From IMG/VR virus record IMGVR_UViG_3300045988_102744: DNA of 64,000 nucleotides; one strand, written 5' to 3'. The stretch's first letter is position 1. Every line of letters starts with the position of its first letter. This document shows, one piece after another, positions 1-9,197 of the stretch. Origin of the DNA: a virus. The translations under genes and the position numbers were made by a program. A model generated the notes under the pieces. The model did not search any database, was not told where the DNA came from, and was given only the letters and a program-made list of their open reading frames with translations.

Positions 1-1752
1 AAAGAATACGTGGATGTTTATGAAGAGGAAATGCCAGAGGAAGGGGCTGTCTGGGAGACTCAGCCGGCGCCATTAGCTCAGCCGGCTCCTGCGGCACAAG
101 CTGCGCAGTCTTTACCTGGCAAGAAGCGTACCTCCAGGAAAAACTTCTCTCTTATGTTAAACGAAATAGAATCTCATATAGAAAAAGAAGGATTGCCGTC
201 TTATGCTAATATTTTTGATTTTATAGCAAGAAAGATTGTAGGAGGTGATTTGAGGTTTCTTCGTGAGAGAGGTAATCCTGAAAGTTTTAAGGAGGAAATG
301 GGATTAGAACCTAAAGGAACAGTAGGTGATAAAATATCCACTCCTTCCAGTAAAGGTGGTAAGACTTTAGAAGAATACGTTTCTTGGCTTCGTTCTCAAA
401 CAGATCAGGTGGTGGTTGATTATGTTGGGCCAAGATCTGACGAACAAATTATATCAGAGTTGAAAAACTTTTTGAAATATATTAATTTTGTTCCAAGCAA
501 GGCTTTGAATTATTCTCTTAGAGTCAATGGCATGGACACCCTAAAGGAATATGGCACAAAAGAGGAAGTAGAAAAAATGGAATATGACATCAATAGTTTG
601 GTTTCTAAAGTTTTGCCTACGGTGGATAATCAAACTGTAGAAGATGTTTCTACTGCAATAAAATCAAACAACTTGCCTGCCATATGGGAGCCCGTGGAAA
701 GCCTTGATATGACAAACGAGGAAAAAATAGAGTTTTTGAATAACGTAGCAGATTTCCTTAGCGGCATACCAGAGTATGATGCTGTCGTGGAGTCTATAGA
801 GTCAGAATCAGATAATATTTTAAATGATGGAAAAGAAGGAAGTGCAGAAGGCGGTGCAGTACGCACTGAGGAAGATGGCGATAAAAAGGGAGATGGAGAA
901 GGCAAAGGACAATCCAGAACAAATGTCGAAGTTGAAAGAAATGTCGAATTACCTGGATCTGAAGAAGGAAGAGTAGATAACTATAGGAAGAACGGAGATA
1001 AGTTCTCTGACATTGCTGAAGTTACTTTATGGCTACTTAGAAGGGCTGCCGGCATAACCTCTATCCCGGAAGGAGAAGAGGTTTATGTAGAGGGAGATGA
1101 GGTTAATAGTATTATGACCGATATGGAATCAAGGTACGGGATAGACACCATCAACTACTCACATACGACTAAGGCTATAAGGAATCTTGACGGCGTGTCA
1201 GGTTATAAAGTAGAATACGGCTTAACCTTTTTGACATACGATCCTTTTATTAGAATATCCAATCCAAGGAAAGAATCTAAGGCTGCGAAAGACGAGCCTC
1301 GTATATCCGAAGAACCGCTTACTCACATATCAAGGGTGACAACCCCTTATTTCCTGTACGGCGGTGATGAAGCATATACATCTGTTCCGGCTAAGGTAGA
1401 ACCTATACCGGAGAAGATAATGGGTCGTAATGGCATTAAATTTGGTATGAGTGTAGTCGAGTTAACCAAATTAGGGTACAAAAAAGCTGGTGGAAACTGG
1501 ATATATAAATTCTATATGAACTCAGGTGTGTATGATTTGTATAATATCAGTACCGGTGAAGCGTTTAGGGCAAAACCGGATCTTGGAGTTAAGATAAGTT
1601 CCAGTGCATTCATCCGCTCTTTATCTCAATCTGGTAGAAAAATACAAAATATGATGAGTAATATGAGCCAGGAAGAGATAGATAGGAATAAGAATCTCGT
1701 AGAAGGTTCTGATAATTCGGATTCGATAAATGAGTTAAATAAGGAGTGTTGA
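1..1752 (+). CDS. hypothetical protein, 5'-partial (frame open to window start); Pro/Ala-rich N-terminus, acidic Gly/Glu/Lys patch
   Basis: ORF track 10..1752 with no upstream in-frame stop to position 1; part of codirectional + strand block; no catalytic motif recognised. Confidence 0.6.
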   Translation, partial: KEYVDVYEEEMPEEGAVWETQPAPLAQPAPAAQAAQSLPGKKRTSRKNFSLMLNEIESHIEKEGLPSYANIFDFIARKIVGGDLRFLRERGNPESFKEEMGLEPKGTVGDKISTPSSKGGKTLEEYVSWLRSQTDQVVVDYVGPRSDEQIISELKNFLKYINFVPSKALNYSLRVNGMDTLKEYGTKEEVEKMEYDINSLVSKVLPTVDNQTVEDVSTAIKSNNLPAIWEPVESLDMTNEEKIEFLNNVADFLSGIPEYDAVVESIESESDNILNDGKEGSAEGGAVRTEEDGDKKGDGEGKGQSRTNVEVERNVELPGSEEGRVDNYRKNGDKFSDIAEVTLWLLRRAAGITSIPEGEEVYVEGDEVNSIMTDMESRYGIDTINYSHTTKAIRNLDGVSGYKVEYGLTFLTYDPFIRISNPRKESKAAKDEPRISEEPLTHISRVTTPYFLYGGDEAYTSVPAKVEPIPEKIMGRNGIKFGMSVVELTKLGYKKAGGNWIYKFYMNSGVYDLYNISTGEAFRAKPDLGVKISSSAFIRSLSQSGRKIQNMMSNMSQEEIDRNKNLVEGSDNSDSINELNKEC

Positions 1753-1754
1753 GT

Positions 1755-2285
1755 ATGAGAAGGAGATTTTTTAATGCTGCGGATAATTTCGTGGGAGGAT
1801 GTTATAATAAGTTATCCAATGAAGATATAAAAAGGCTTGGAGGAAAAAGACCTTATGTATGTCAGTTTAATAAAATTCATATACATATAGGACCTGTATT
1901 AAAAGATCATGATTCTGATGTTAGTTACATAATGTTTAATAGTAATTGGAATTATGGTGGTTATGAATCTATGGTTTATAATCATAGCAATAATGGTATT
2001 TTTATATTAGGTGAAAACAAAATTGGTAACATAGAAGATCATATACAAGATCTAACATATTGGCACGAATATGATCCAAGCATTAATGAAAATTATTGTT
2101 ATTTTTATTATGAGGCTAATAACAGCGGAAATGCTATCAAGTTGAATGGTGAGTTTGGTGATACCAGTACTGTTTTCAACATTCCCAGCTTGGAAGTCAC
2201 CACTCTTCGTGATGGCAGTTTGAGTTTTCCGGAGATTTATATAGAAGGAATTTGGGATCCGTCATTGTATAAGTCGGTTTTATAA
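1755..2285 (+). CDS. hypothetical protein with N-terminal MRRRF motif
   Basis: ATG at 1755 preceded by AAGGAG; track ORF starts at GTG 1746; begins MRRRFFNAAD, like two other genes (18521, 19143). Confidence 0.55.
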   Translation: MRRRFFNAADNFVGGCYNKLSNEDIKRLGGKRPYVCQFNKIHIHIGPVLKDHDSDVSYIMFNSNWNYGGYESMVYNHSNNGIFILGENKIGNIEDHIQDLTYWHEYDPSINENYCYFYYEANNSGNAIKLNGEFGDTSTVFNIPSLEVTTLRDGSLSFPEIYIEGIWDPSLYKSVL

Positions 2286-2311
2286 TTAACTTTGCAAAAA
2301 AGTTAATTACA

Positions 2312-4570
2312 ATGGGTGTCAAATGTCAGATAGAAAAAAAGGAAAATGAAATAAAACGGGTTAAGGCTCCTAACGGGGAGCCTTCCGTTCTTTACGAAAG
2401 TGCTTTAAAAGTATTAGGAAACAGCGAGCGGGCTCTTCAGGTATGGGCTAAGGCTTACACTCCTGGTTTTTTGTCGTATTACGGTCATTGGAATAACCCG
2501 GCTCCAGGAGAGATGTTTAATACCGATCCCAATGGTGAACCTCTTTTAGAAGACGTGCTGTCGTATATGAAGCGTCAGACTTATTTTGCTGATCCTTTAA
2601 CGGCTCAGGATGTTAAGGATGTAAGGGATTTCCTTTTGTCTACTCATTATTTTTTCAATGCGTCTTCATTGTCTAATGCTATTCTCTTCGATTTTTATGT
2701 AGATGGTAGTTTGATACTGAATGAGCAGAATTTAAGGAGATCCGGTTTGTATGATGAAACAGAAATAAGTCGTATTTTATCCGATCCTTCTGTTTTAAAC
2801 GAGGTTTCGACTTCCATGAGAAAGTTAATAGATTCTTCTATTAACGAACATGATAGGGAAAAAGATAATTATTTTATGTCTATTGACTATCAGTATGGTC
2901 CTATTGTTTACAAGGAGGGAGTGTTTAACCAATTTGGTAAAAAGGTACCATATAATCCTTCTGAGCTTTATTATGCTATGCGTAAAACAGTAGGCGGCAT
3001 AAAAAACTTTTCTGAATTTTCATCTGCTTTTGAATCGTTGAGGAACCTGTATCCTGAGCTGGTCGAGAAATTTGTTTCTGATAAAAAATTTGCTGAATCT
3101 ATGTTTGATGAGTTTTCATCTATGGAAAAGATACCGGTAATAAACATAGAAGGTGATGATGTGGTAGAAGGGAAGAAAAGATCTTTATCTAAGCTACAAG
3201 ACCTGTCTTATTATAATCCCGGTAAAATAGAATTTCTAAGAGCTCGTATATCAGCTTATTTAAATAGGGCTAATGCCGACACCGAATCCGATTTAAGAAG
3301 CATGATATGGGATATAGAAGAGGCTTGTACGTGGTTTGGCATAGATATAATAGGGACATCGGAAACTTATGATGGCACAGAAGAATCTTTGAATAAGATA
3401 GATAATTTGATGCTGGATCTTGATATTTATGTGGCCAGGCATAATGATGTAAATTATGCTCCAACGCTGGCATCTTCTATAGATGATGTTCTTGGTGATA
3501 GTACAGACTATTATTTTGGATTATTGCCGGAGTATATGGATAATTTGAATATCGTTTATTCTGAATCCGATATAGACCCAGTAGAGGCATTTGAGAAACA
3601 TTCATTGCTTAAGGTAGGAGATAATCTATATCAAAGGATCAGCAAAGATGATCTTAACGAGATGTATCAAATATCAACAGTGTTAGCCAAGCACGACCTA
3701 ACTCACTTTCCTGCTAAAATATATCCTGAATCTTGTTTTAAGAACGGCGTTTTGGATAAAGAGAAAGTACGGAACGTAGATGATAATACGCTCATGGATT
3801 CCATTAAAAAATACGTCAGATCGTTCATGGATTCTCAGAACACGGAGGACATGGTAATGACCAGGATGGCGTTTGGGCATCCGGCGGTACTTGATGTTTC
3901 TTACGCGGATGTGGATCGGGAATTTAGTCGGTACATGAACAAAAAACAAGATAGCGAAAACCCATTATCCTTATTCGATTTATACCAATCTTACCTTGAC
4001 AACAAACTCCATAAAACAAAATTATATGATAATGCCTATAAGTATCTTGACTTCAAACCTGATCCATCTTTGGGTCTTATTTCTGATGATCCTGATATTT
4101 TGAAATCAATAGAATTATCTTTATCTGGAAAAGACAGATTGATGTTGTTTGATTATAGCATGACCAGCACCGACCCTTCTTTATCAAAATTGTTTTATTT
4201 AGAGAGGTATGACTCTTCGTATGCCGGGAATGATTTTGAACACTATTTTTACACCAGGCACCCGTATTTGTTAAAAGAAAAATCGGGTCCTAATATCGTA
4301 GAGCAAGATGGTGTTATAACAGCCGAAGGTATTTATGATAATTTTATAAGAGTAGGTAACAAGATCTGGACTAAAGTAAGCGAGAGCAGTTCCGGATCTA
4401 TCTACCAAAATCTGACAGGGACCGAATCGGAGGTGAAATACGATTCTACTCAGAAGGCTAAGACAGTAGAAACCGATTACGCTCCATACCAAAACAGATC
4501 CGGTCTGACGCAAGACATGACTGTAAGCAAGTCTGAATTAGGTGATCTTAATAAATTAGAATGTAGGTAA
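2312..4570 (+). CDS. hypothetical 752-aa protein, candidate virion/structural protein
   Basis: long uninterrupted ORF in the + strand late-gene block; followed by hairpin terminator; no motif recognised. Confidence 0.65.
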   Translation: MGVKCQIEKKENEIKRVKAPNGEPSVLYESALKVLGNSERALQVWAKAYTPGFLSYYGHWNNPAPGEMFNTDPNGEPLLEDVLSYMKRQTYFADPLTAQDVKDVRDFLLSTHYFFNASSLSNAILFDFYVDGSLILNEQNLRRSGLYDETEISRILSDPSVLNEVSTSMRKLIDSSINEHDREKDNYFMSIDYQYGPIVYKEGVFNQFGKKVPYNPSELYYAMRKTVGGIKNFSEFSSAFESLRNLYPELVEKFVSDKKFAESMFDEFSSMEKIPVINIEGDDVVEGKKRSLSKLQDLSYYNPGKIEFLRARISAYLNRANADTESDLRSMIWDIEEACTWFGIDIIGTSETYDGTEESLNKIDNLMLDLDIYVARHNDVNYAPTLASSIDDVLGDSTDYYFGLLPEYMDNLNIVYSESDIDPVEAFEKHSLLKVGDNLYQRISKDDLNEMYQISTVLAKHDLTHFPAKIYPESCFKNGVLDKEKVRNVDDNTLMDSIKKYVRSFMDSQNTEDMVMTRMAFGHPAVLDVSYADVDREFSRYMNKKQDSENPLSLFDLYQSYLDNKLHKTKLYDNAYKYLDFKPDPSLGLISDDPDILKSIELSLSGKDRLMLFDYSMTSTDPSLSKLFYLERYDSSYAGNDFEHYFYTRHPYLLKEKSGPNIVEQDGVITAEGIYDNFIRVGNKIWTKVSESSSGSIYQNLTGTESEVKYDSTQKAKTVETDYAPYQNRSGLTQDMTVSKSELGDLNKLECR

Positions 4571-4613
4571 TTTTCATGTAATATAATTAGTTTTTTACAT
4601 TTACACTTCTGGG

Positions 4614-4645
4614 AGTGAGGCTTGTGAAAGTCTCACTTTTCTTAT
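4614..4645 (+). terminator. putative rho-independent terminator (AGTGAG-12 nt loop-CTCACT then TTTCTT)
   Basis: 6-bp perfect inverted repeat 4614-4619/4632-4637 followed by T-rich run, 44 nt after stop of 2312..4570. Confidence 0.45.
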
Positions 4646-5323
4646 ATATGCACGTATATCAGCAACATACAAGAAAAGTCAGACTTTCGTTGTTTTTGGA
4701 TTATTTTCATTAAGTTTGCAATATTAGTTTCAGGAAGGGATTATGGAAAAAGGGAAAAAGTAAGAACGGAACGTAACTAATAACGGTAGGAAATGAGAAT
4801 CAGTACCATCAAACGTAACAACAGCATTCATCTTATGTATAAAGACATTATGAATGATTTAGGTCAATTAAGAACTGTAGTTTCAAAATCCTATATTTAT
4901 AATCTGATACGAAATCAAACCGGATTAAGTATCAGAACTATATCCCATGTCTTGAATCACACAAAAGAACAGGATACAGATTCTTTGTGAAAAGCGTACA
5001 TTTTCATACATTTGTGTATTCTTTAGTTTTTAGATTTAAGTTTTTTCATGGTATTAGTTTAGATTAGTGTAGATCAGGGTTCGCAGTGATGCGGGCCCTG
5101 GTTTGATTTACAGCGCTTTACCCAAAATGGGAAAAGCGTAAGTTATTGATTGTAAAGTTTTCCACTTAAATGGGGAAAATTGCTCATTGTGTATTATTTT
5201 TCTATCTTTTCTGAAAATACTTCTCTTCTATAGGAAATAAACACACCTATATTCCACCTTACAATCATGATCTTTGTTACGTGCTTCATGCACGTATGTT
5301 TAACAATTAAATACTATAAAATT

Positions 5324-6331
5324 ATGGGTGGTGATAAAATCGTCCTTTTAGATGGAGCCGGGGCTAACGGTGGTGGTGCAGCCACTAACGGTCTTCTTTC
5401 AATGATTCCCGGCATGTTTGCTAATTTGATAGGTGGTAATAAAATGGATCCGAATCTGGTGGCGGCTTTGATGAACGGTCGTAACAACCAGGACGGTTTC
5501 GGTGGGGCTAACGGTTGGTGGCTCTGGATAATTGTTTTGTTCTGGCTGTGGGGTGGACGCGGCTTCGGTAACGGTTTTGGAAATGGCGGTGATTGTTGCG
5601 CCAATGGTCTGCCGGCTCAGTTGAATAACGATTACGGTCGTGAACTTTTGATGCAAGCAATTCAAGGTAATCGCAGTGCCATAGATCAGATCGCTTCTGC
5701 TTTGAACTGTTCTACTACTCAACTTCAGAACGCTATCTGCAACGTACAGGGTGCTATTGATAAAGTAGCCGGTCAGGTAGGTATGACTTCTCAGGCTGTT
5801 ATCAACGCAGTTCAACAACAAGGTTGTGAAATAGGAAATCAAATCAGCTCTTGCTGCTGCAATCTGAGTTCGTTGATCAATCAAAGCACTTGCCAGACTC
5901 AGGGAATGATTACTCAGCAAGGTTTTGATAACCAGCTTCGCACGTTGGAACAAACCAATATCTTGCAGAACGGTCTCAACCAAGGTCTGGCTAACAATCG
6001 TGAGCAAGCTACAAGCCAATTCAATATCTTGTCTGCGAAACTTGACGCCCAAACCGTTATGATCAACGACAAATTCTGTCAGTTGGAAATGAGGGAGATG
6101 CAGAACACTATTGCTCAACTTCGTGAAGAAAAAGCGGCTTTGACTGCTTCTGCGTTATCTCAGCAACAGACTCAGAATATAGTTGGTCAATTACGTCCTA
6201 CAGCCGTCCCGGCCTACCCCTCTTGTTCTCCTTACCAGGCTTATACTTGGGGACAGGTATTCGGAGGAGGTTGCTGCAATAACGGATGTGGATGTAACAA
6301 CGGATGTTGCAATAACAACGCTGCTGTCTGA
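5324..6331 (+). CDS. Gly-rich / Cys-rich membrane-anchored coiled-coil protein with vicinal-cysteine C-terminus (GGGCCNNGCGCNNGCCNNN)
   Basis: ORF track 5267..6331; likely start at ATG 5324 (MGGDKIV); one W-rich hydrophobic segment (WWLWIIVLFWLWGG); Q/N-rich helical middle; CC and CCC motifs. Confidence 0.6.
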   Translation: MGGDKIVLLDGAGANGGGAATNGLLSMIPGMFANLIGGNKMDPNLVAALMNGRNNQDGFGGANGWWLWIIVLFWLWGGRGFGNGFGNGGDCCANGLPAQLNNDYGRELLMQAIQGNRSAIDQIASALNCSTTQLQNAICNVQGAIDKVAGQVGMTSQAVINAVQQQGCEIGNQISSCCCNLSSLINQSTCQTQGMITQQGFDNQLRTLEQTNILQNGLNQGLANNREQATSQFNILSAKLDAQTVMINDKFCQLEMREMQNTIAQLREEKAALTASALSQQQTQNIVGQLRPTAVPAYPSCSPYQAYTWGQVFGGGCCNNGCGCNNGCCNNNAAV

Positions 6332-6354
6332 TTTTATTAAGAGAGGAGGCTAAT

Positions 6355-6768
6355 ATGGCTTGTGTTTCTAAAATAGGATCGTTGTATGAGATGGTTACGA
6401 AGAATGTTATTGTCAGTACGACAAATACAGTCTTCGGTATTAACCCACGGGCTTGGATCGCCCTTCCGTGTGAGGGTCTTATCCTTCTTAAGATAAGGCA
6501 AGTAGTCCCCACAGCCGGAAGTGCTCTACCGGTACAGATTGCGGTCCCGGCAAACAGCACAGTTTCAACAGTAGGATCCGACACCTGTTGCCCGGTTACG
6601 GGAGTGAATGTCGTGAACCCTATTAACGTAGCTGTCACGGGTGCTGCTATGGTAAATGGCACAGAACGCCTTCTGTACTTCAATAAAGTTCGTGGCGTGT
6701 TAAGATTAATGGATTGTTGTGTTCCGACAACAACAGCCCAGGCGTCTGAAGTTAAAGCAGGTAAATGA
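6355..6768 (+). CDS. hypothetical 137-aa protein with two CC pairs (DTCCPVTG, MDCCVPTT)
   Basis: ORF track; RBS-like GAGAGGAGG upstream; codirectional with neighbours. Confidence 0.55.
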   Translation: MACVSKIGSLYEMVTKNVIVSTTNTVFGINPRAWIALPCEGLILLKIRQVVPTAGSALPVQIAVPANSTVSTVGSDTCCPVTGVNVVNPINVAVTGAAMVNGTERLLYFNKVRGVLRLMDCCVPTTTAQASEVKAGK

Positions 6769-6818
6769 TTTCAGTAGGGTGATGAAGATCATCACCCTAT
6801 TTTCACCTAACTAATATT

Positions 6819-7313
6819 TTGATCATGTTTTCAGATTTGAAGAAAGGGTTTCAGGTACATACCCTTGATACTAATACAGTACCTAAATACGAATTGGGAA
6901 AGGTAGTAGCCGTATCCGAACCCAGGTATCTTCCTCCTCAGCCAGGTCAGTATCAGGCGATGCAGACCCGCGTGGTGGATCTGACGGTAGAGCTCACTGG
7001 CGAAACCAAGACCTATACGGTCCCGGAATCCCAGAATGTGGCTAAGGCTATGGGCATAACATTATCTACCAGCATAGATCCGATTATGAACGAGCTGAAT
7101 GCCATAAAAAGCACCAGTCAGGAAATAATAGACAGCGTAGATGCCCATCGTGCCAAGATAGAGGCTTGTGAATCTATATTAGAAGATATCAATCCGGCAT
7201 TCAAGCAAACGAGAGAGCAGGATCGTAAAATAGCTGGTATAGAAAATAAGGTGAATGACCTTACTGATTCATTCGAAGATTTAAAGAAGTTAATTGTAGA
7301 ACGTTTGAAATAA
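6819..7313 (+). CDS. hypothetical 164-aa protein, helical C-terminus
   Basis: ORF track; dense packing. Confidence 0.6.
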   Translation: MIMFSDLKKGFQVHTLDTNTVPKYELGKVVAVSEPRYLPPQPGQYQAMQTRVVDLTVELTGETKTYTVPESQNVAKAMGITLSTSIDPIMNELNAIKSTSQEIIDSVDAHRAKIEACESILEDINPAFKQTREQDRKIAGIENKVNDLTDSFEDLKKLIVERLK

Positions 7314-7320
7314 GTATAAT

Positions 7321-7698
7321 ATGATAGTATATGATTTAAATTCAGGACACAGAGAATATCCTGGATATGACGAGATAGAAGACAGACGAGGTGGAGGCAG
7401 AGGCAGAAGCCGGCGTTCTGATGGGACGTACATGGAGTACGGACATGGGTTCCTTCCTCCTTACGATCATTATGGTATGCATGAGAAGATGAAGGAAATG
7501 GAAGAACGCGAAAACGAGCTGGAAGAAAGGGAAAGAAGGCTCGAAGAGCGCGAACGTCGTCATGAAATGGAGGACCGGGAATACCGGAGGATGGGTTACG
7601 AATCCTACCCGACCGATTACTATGGAGACGACAGATACTACGGTGACGGACCTCAGATGCGTAGAGGTCGCGGACGTGGCAGAGGTCGTTCTTATTGA
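7321..7698 (+). CDS. Arg/Gly-rich (RGG/RGRGRGRGR) and ERERRLEERERR-repeat basic protein, candidate nucleic-acid-binding internal protein
   Basis: ORF track; RG repeats at both ends and charged ER heptads in the middle; ends at TGA that is followed in-frame by 31 open codons. Confidence 0.55.
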   Translation: MIVYDLNSGHREYPGYDEIEDRRGGGRGRSRRSDGTYMEYGHGFLPPYDHYGMHEKMKEMEERENELEERERRLEERERRHEMEDREYRRMGYESYPTDYYGDDRYYGDGPQMRRGRGRGRGRSY

Positions 7699-7791
7699 GG
7701 AGCAGACGCAGAGGATCCAGCTTATCAGAAATATGTAGATACTTACGGCTACCATTTTTCTAATGCTCTTGCTGATGAGGCGGTAAAGAAG

Positions 7792-8085
7792 ATGGTCAAC
7801 GTCGATGGATCCAAGAGGATCTGGAAGCAGCCGGAAATAAAAGATATTTTTGAAAAGTGCGGAGCGAAGAAGCCGGATAAAGCGACATGGGGCGATGTCC
7901 AATATGTCTTTGCAATGTACTATTCGGATGGTTTTCCGAAGGTCTTCAAATGTGAGAACGAGTTGGTGAAAGCTACGTTAATGTATTTGGATGATCCGGA
8001 TGCTCCCGAAGGAGTAGCCTTTATAAGATGGCTTGCCGTGCAAGATTACCTCGGCGAAAAAATAAACTGGAAGGATCTGACCTGA
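7792..8085 (+). CDS. hypothetical 97-aa protein (same frame as 7321..7698; possible N-terminal extension to 7699)
   Basis: ORF track; same reading frame as upstream gene, separated by a single TGA. Confidence 0.45.
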   Translation: MVNVDGSKRIWKQPEIKDIFEKCGAKKPDKATWGDVQYVFAMYYSDGFPKVFKCENELVKATLMYLDDPDAPEGVAFIRWLAVQDYLGEKINWKDLT

Positions 8086-8250
8086 GATCCAGATCCAGGT
8101 CCTTCCGGTGGTGCGGGAGCCATAGTAAAAAATATGATTCCCGCATTCCCGTTTTTCCCGTTTGGAAAAAAAAAGAATAAAAATGTTATACCGGTCGGCG
8201 GGCAATAGAATACCCGTGGCCGGTTTGTTTCACATAACTTTTTTTTTGAC

Positions 8251-8427
8251 ATGAATATAGCACACGAATCTAAATCGAATAAAACCCCATTGTATTTAAT
8301 AGGAGAGTTGATTGGCGTACCGAATACGGTTATGGACTCAGCATTGCATGAACTGAAAGATAGAATAGACAAAGACCCCAAATATAAAGATGTTAAAAAT
8401 TGGCTCGAATCTTTACCCAAGATCTGA
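8251..8427 (+). CDS. small hypothetical protein (58 aa, MNIAHESKSNKTPLYLIGELIG...)
   Basis: ATG 8251 to TGA 8425-8427, below ORF-track size cutoff; protein-like composition; followed 23 nt later by a hairpin terminator. Confidence 0.35.
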   Translation: MNIAHESKSNKTPLYLIGELIGVPNTVMDSALHELKDRIDKDPKYKDVKNWLESLPKI

Positions 8428-8449
8428 ACCTATTTTTTTTAATACCAGG

Positions 8450-8484
8450 CCCGATGCGATTTTAACGTATCGGGTTTTTATTTT
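8450..8484 (+). terminator. rho-independent terminator (CCCGAT-loop-ATCGGG then TTTTTATTTT)
   Basis: 6-bp GC-rich perfect stem 8450-8455/8469-8474 followed by T-tract. Confidence 0.5.
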
Positions 8485-8554
8485 AATTCATATTGTTTTA
8501 TTTTAAATCTAATTAATTAATGAATGTCGTACTTTTGTTGAAAAAGTATTTTTT

Positions 8555-8782
8555 ATGGAAAATAAGGAAGATTACGTTGGTTACGAAGATCAAGAACTGT
8601 GTAACCGGTATTACAAAGAGGCCGAAGCCATGAGGCAAAAGCAGGACTGGTCTCGGCTTAGGGCTGTCCCTGCTCCGGCCAAGGGAACGCCATCGCCCGG
8701 CTGGGGTCAGCTTGGACGTGGAAATGATGTCCGTGTTAAGTATGTTAGCATCAATTCAGGATTAGGAGGAGATAGGTTATGA
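8555..8782 (+). CDS. hypothetical 75-aa protein
   Basis: ORF track; ATGA overlap with next gene. Confidence 0.4.
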   Translation: MENKEDYVGYEDQELCNRYYKEAEAMRQKQDWSRLRAVPAPAKGTPSPGWGQLGRGNDVRVKYVSINSGLGGDRL

Positions 8783-8994
8783 CTGTAGAAGAATTGGCTA
8801 ATAAAAGATACGGTGGCGAATTTGTTTTCATGTTTGGTCATCTTGAAGGTAGAACAAGATTCGTTTTTGAATGCTTTGATCCCAGACCTGATCACGAAGG
8901 TAAAAACACTTATATGGTTTCCTATTTTGATAAGGTACTTCGTAGAAGAGATGTGGTAGATGTGCCGTGTTATATGAATATTTTGCCAAAATAA
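8779..8994 (+). CDS. hypothetical 71-aa protein
   Basis: ORF track; TAATG overlap with next gene. Confidence 0.45.
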   Translation: MTVEELANKRYGGEFVFMFGHLEGRTRFVFECFDPRPDHEGKNTYMVSYFDKVLRRRDVVDVPCYMNILPK

Positions 8995-9197
8995 TGGAAA
9001 CATTAATCTTAGATGTACCTGTATTTTCCGGTAAGATTATTTCTCCTATCTGGATTAAAGCCGTAAGAGATTTTCAATCCAAATCGAAGACAGAAAGATA
9101 CTCGTATTGTTTGATTTGTGGATGTACAGGAGGGTGTAACTTGTGCGATGATATAAGTAAATATAGGATTTCAGAACAATTAAAATATTACAAATAA
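8994..9197 (+). CDS. hypothetical 67-aa Cys-rich protein (CLICGCTGGCNLC)
   Basis: track ORF 8967..9197 trimmed to ATG 8994 overlapping upstream stop (TAATG). Confidence 0.35.
   Translation: METLILDVPVFSGKIISPIWIKAVRDFQSKSKTERYSYCLICGCTGGCNLCDDISKYRISEQLKYYK

Noticed and set aside
4793-4990. 65-aa ORF in the long spacer
   Set aside because: No start context, sits among hairpins and repeat motifs; left unannotated as coding
5070-5110. tRNA-like GGGTTCG segment
   Set aside because: No acceptor/T-arm/anticodon architecture could be built; no other tRNA-like sequence found
5399-6118. 239-aa minus-strand ORF (and 5314..5604) antisense to the Gly/Cys-rich gene
   Set aside because: Lies wholly inside a better-supported + strand gene in a uniformly + strand block; composition is the mirror image of a Gly/Asn/Gln-rich coding strand
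7696-8085. Genome-wide TGA-to-sense recoding
   Set aside because: The 2,140-aa gene and all other long ORFs contain no in-frame TGA, and many genes terminate at TGA with a nearby second stop; recoding, if any, would be local readthrough only
8046-8420. 124-aa minus-strand ORF in the 8.1-8.5-kb spacer
   Set aside because: Low-complexity, opposite to block orientation; a 58-aa + strand ORF with a downstream terminator explains the region better
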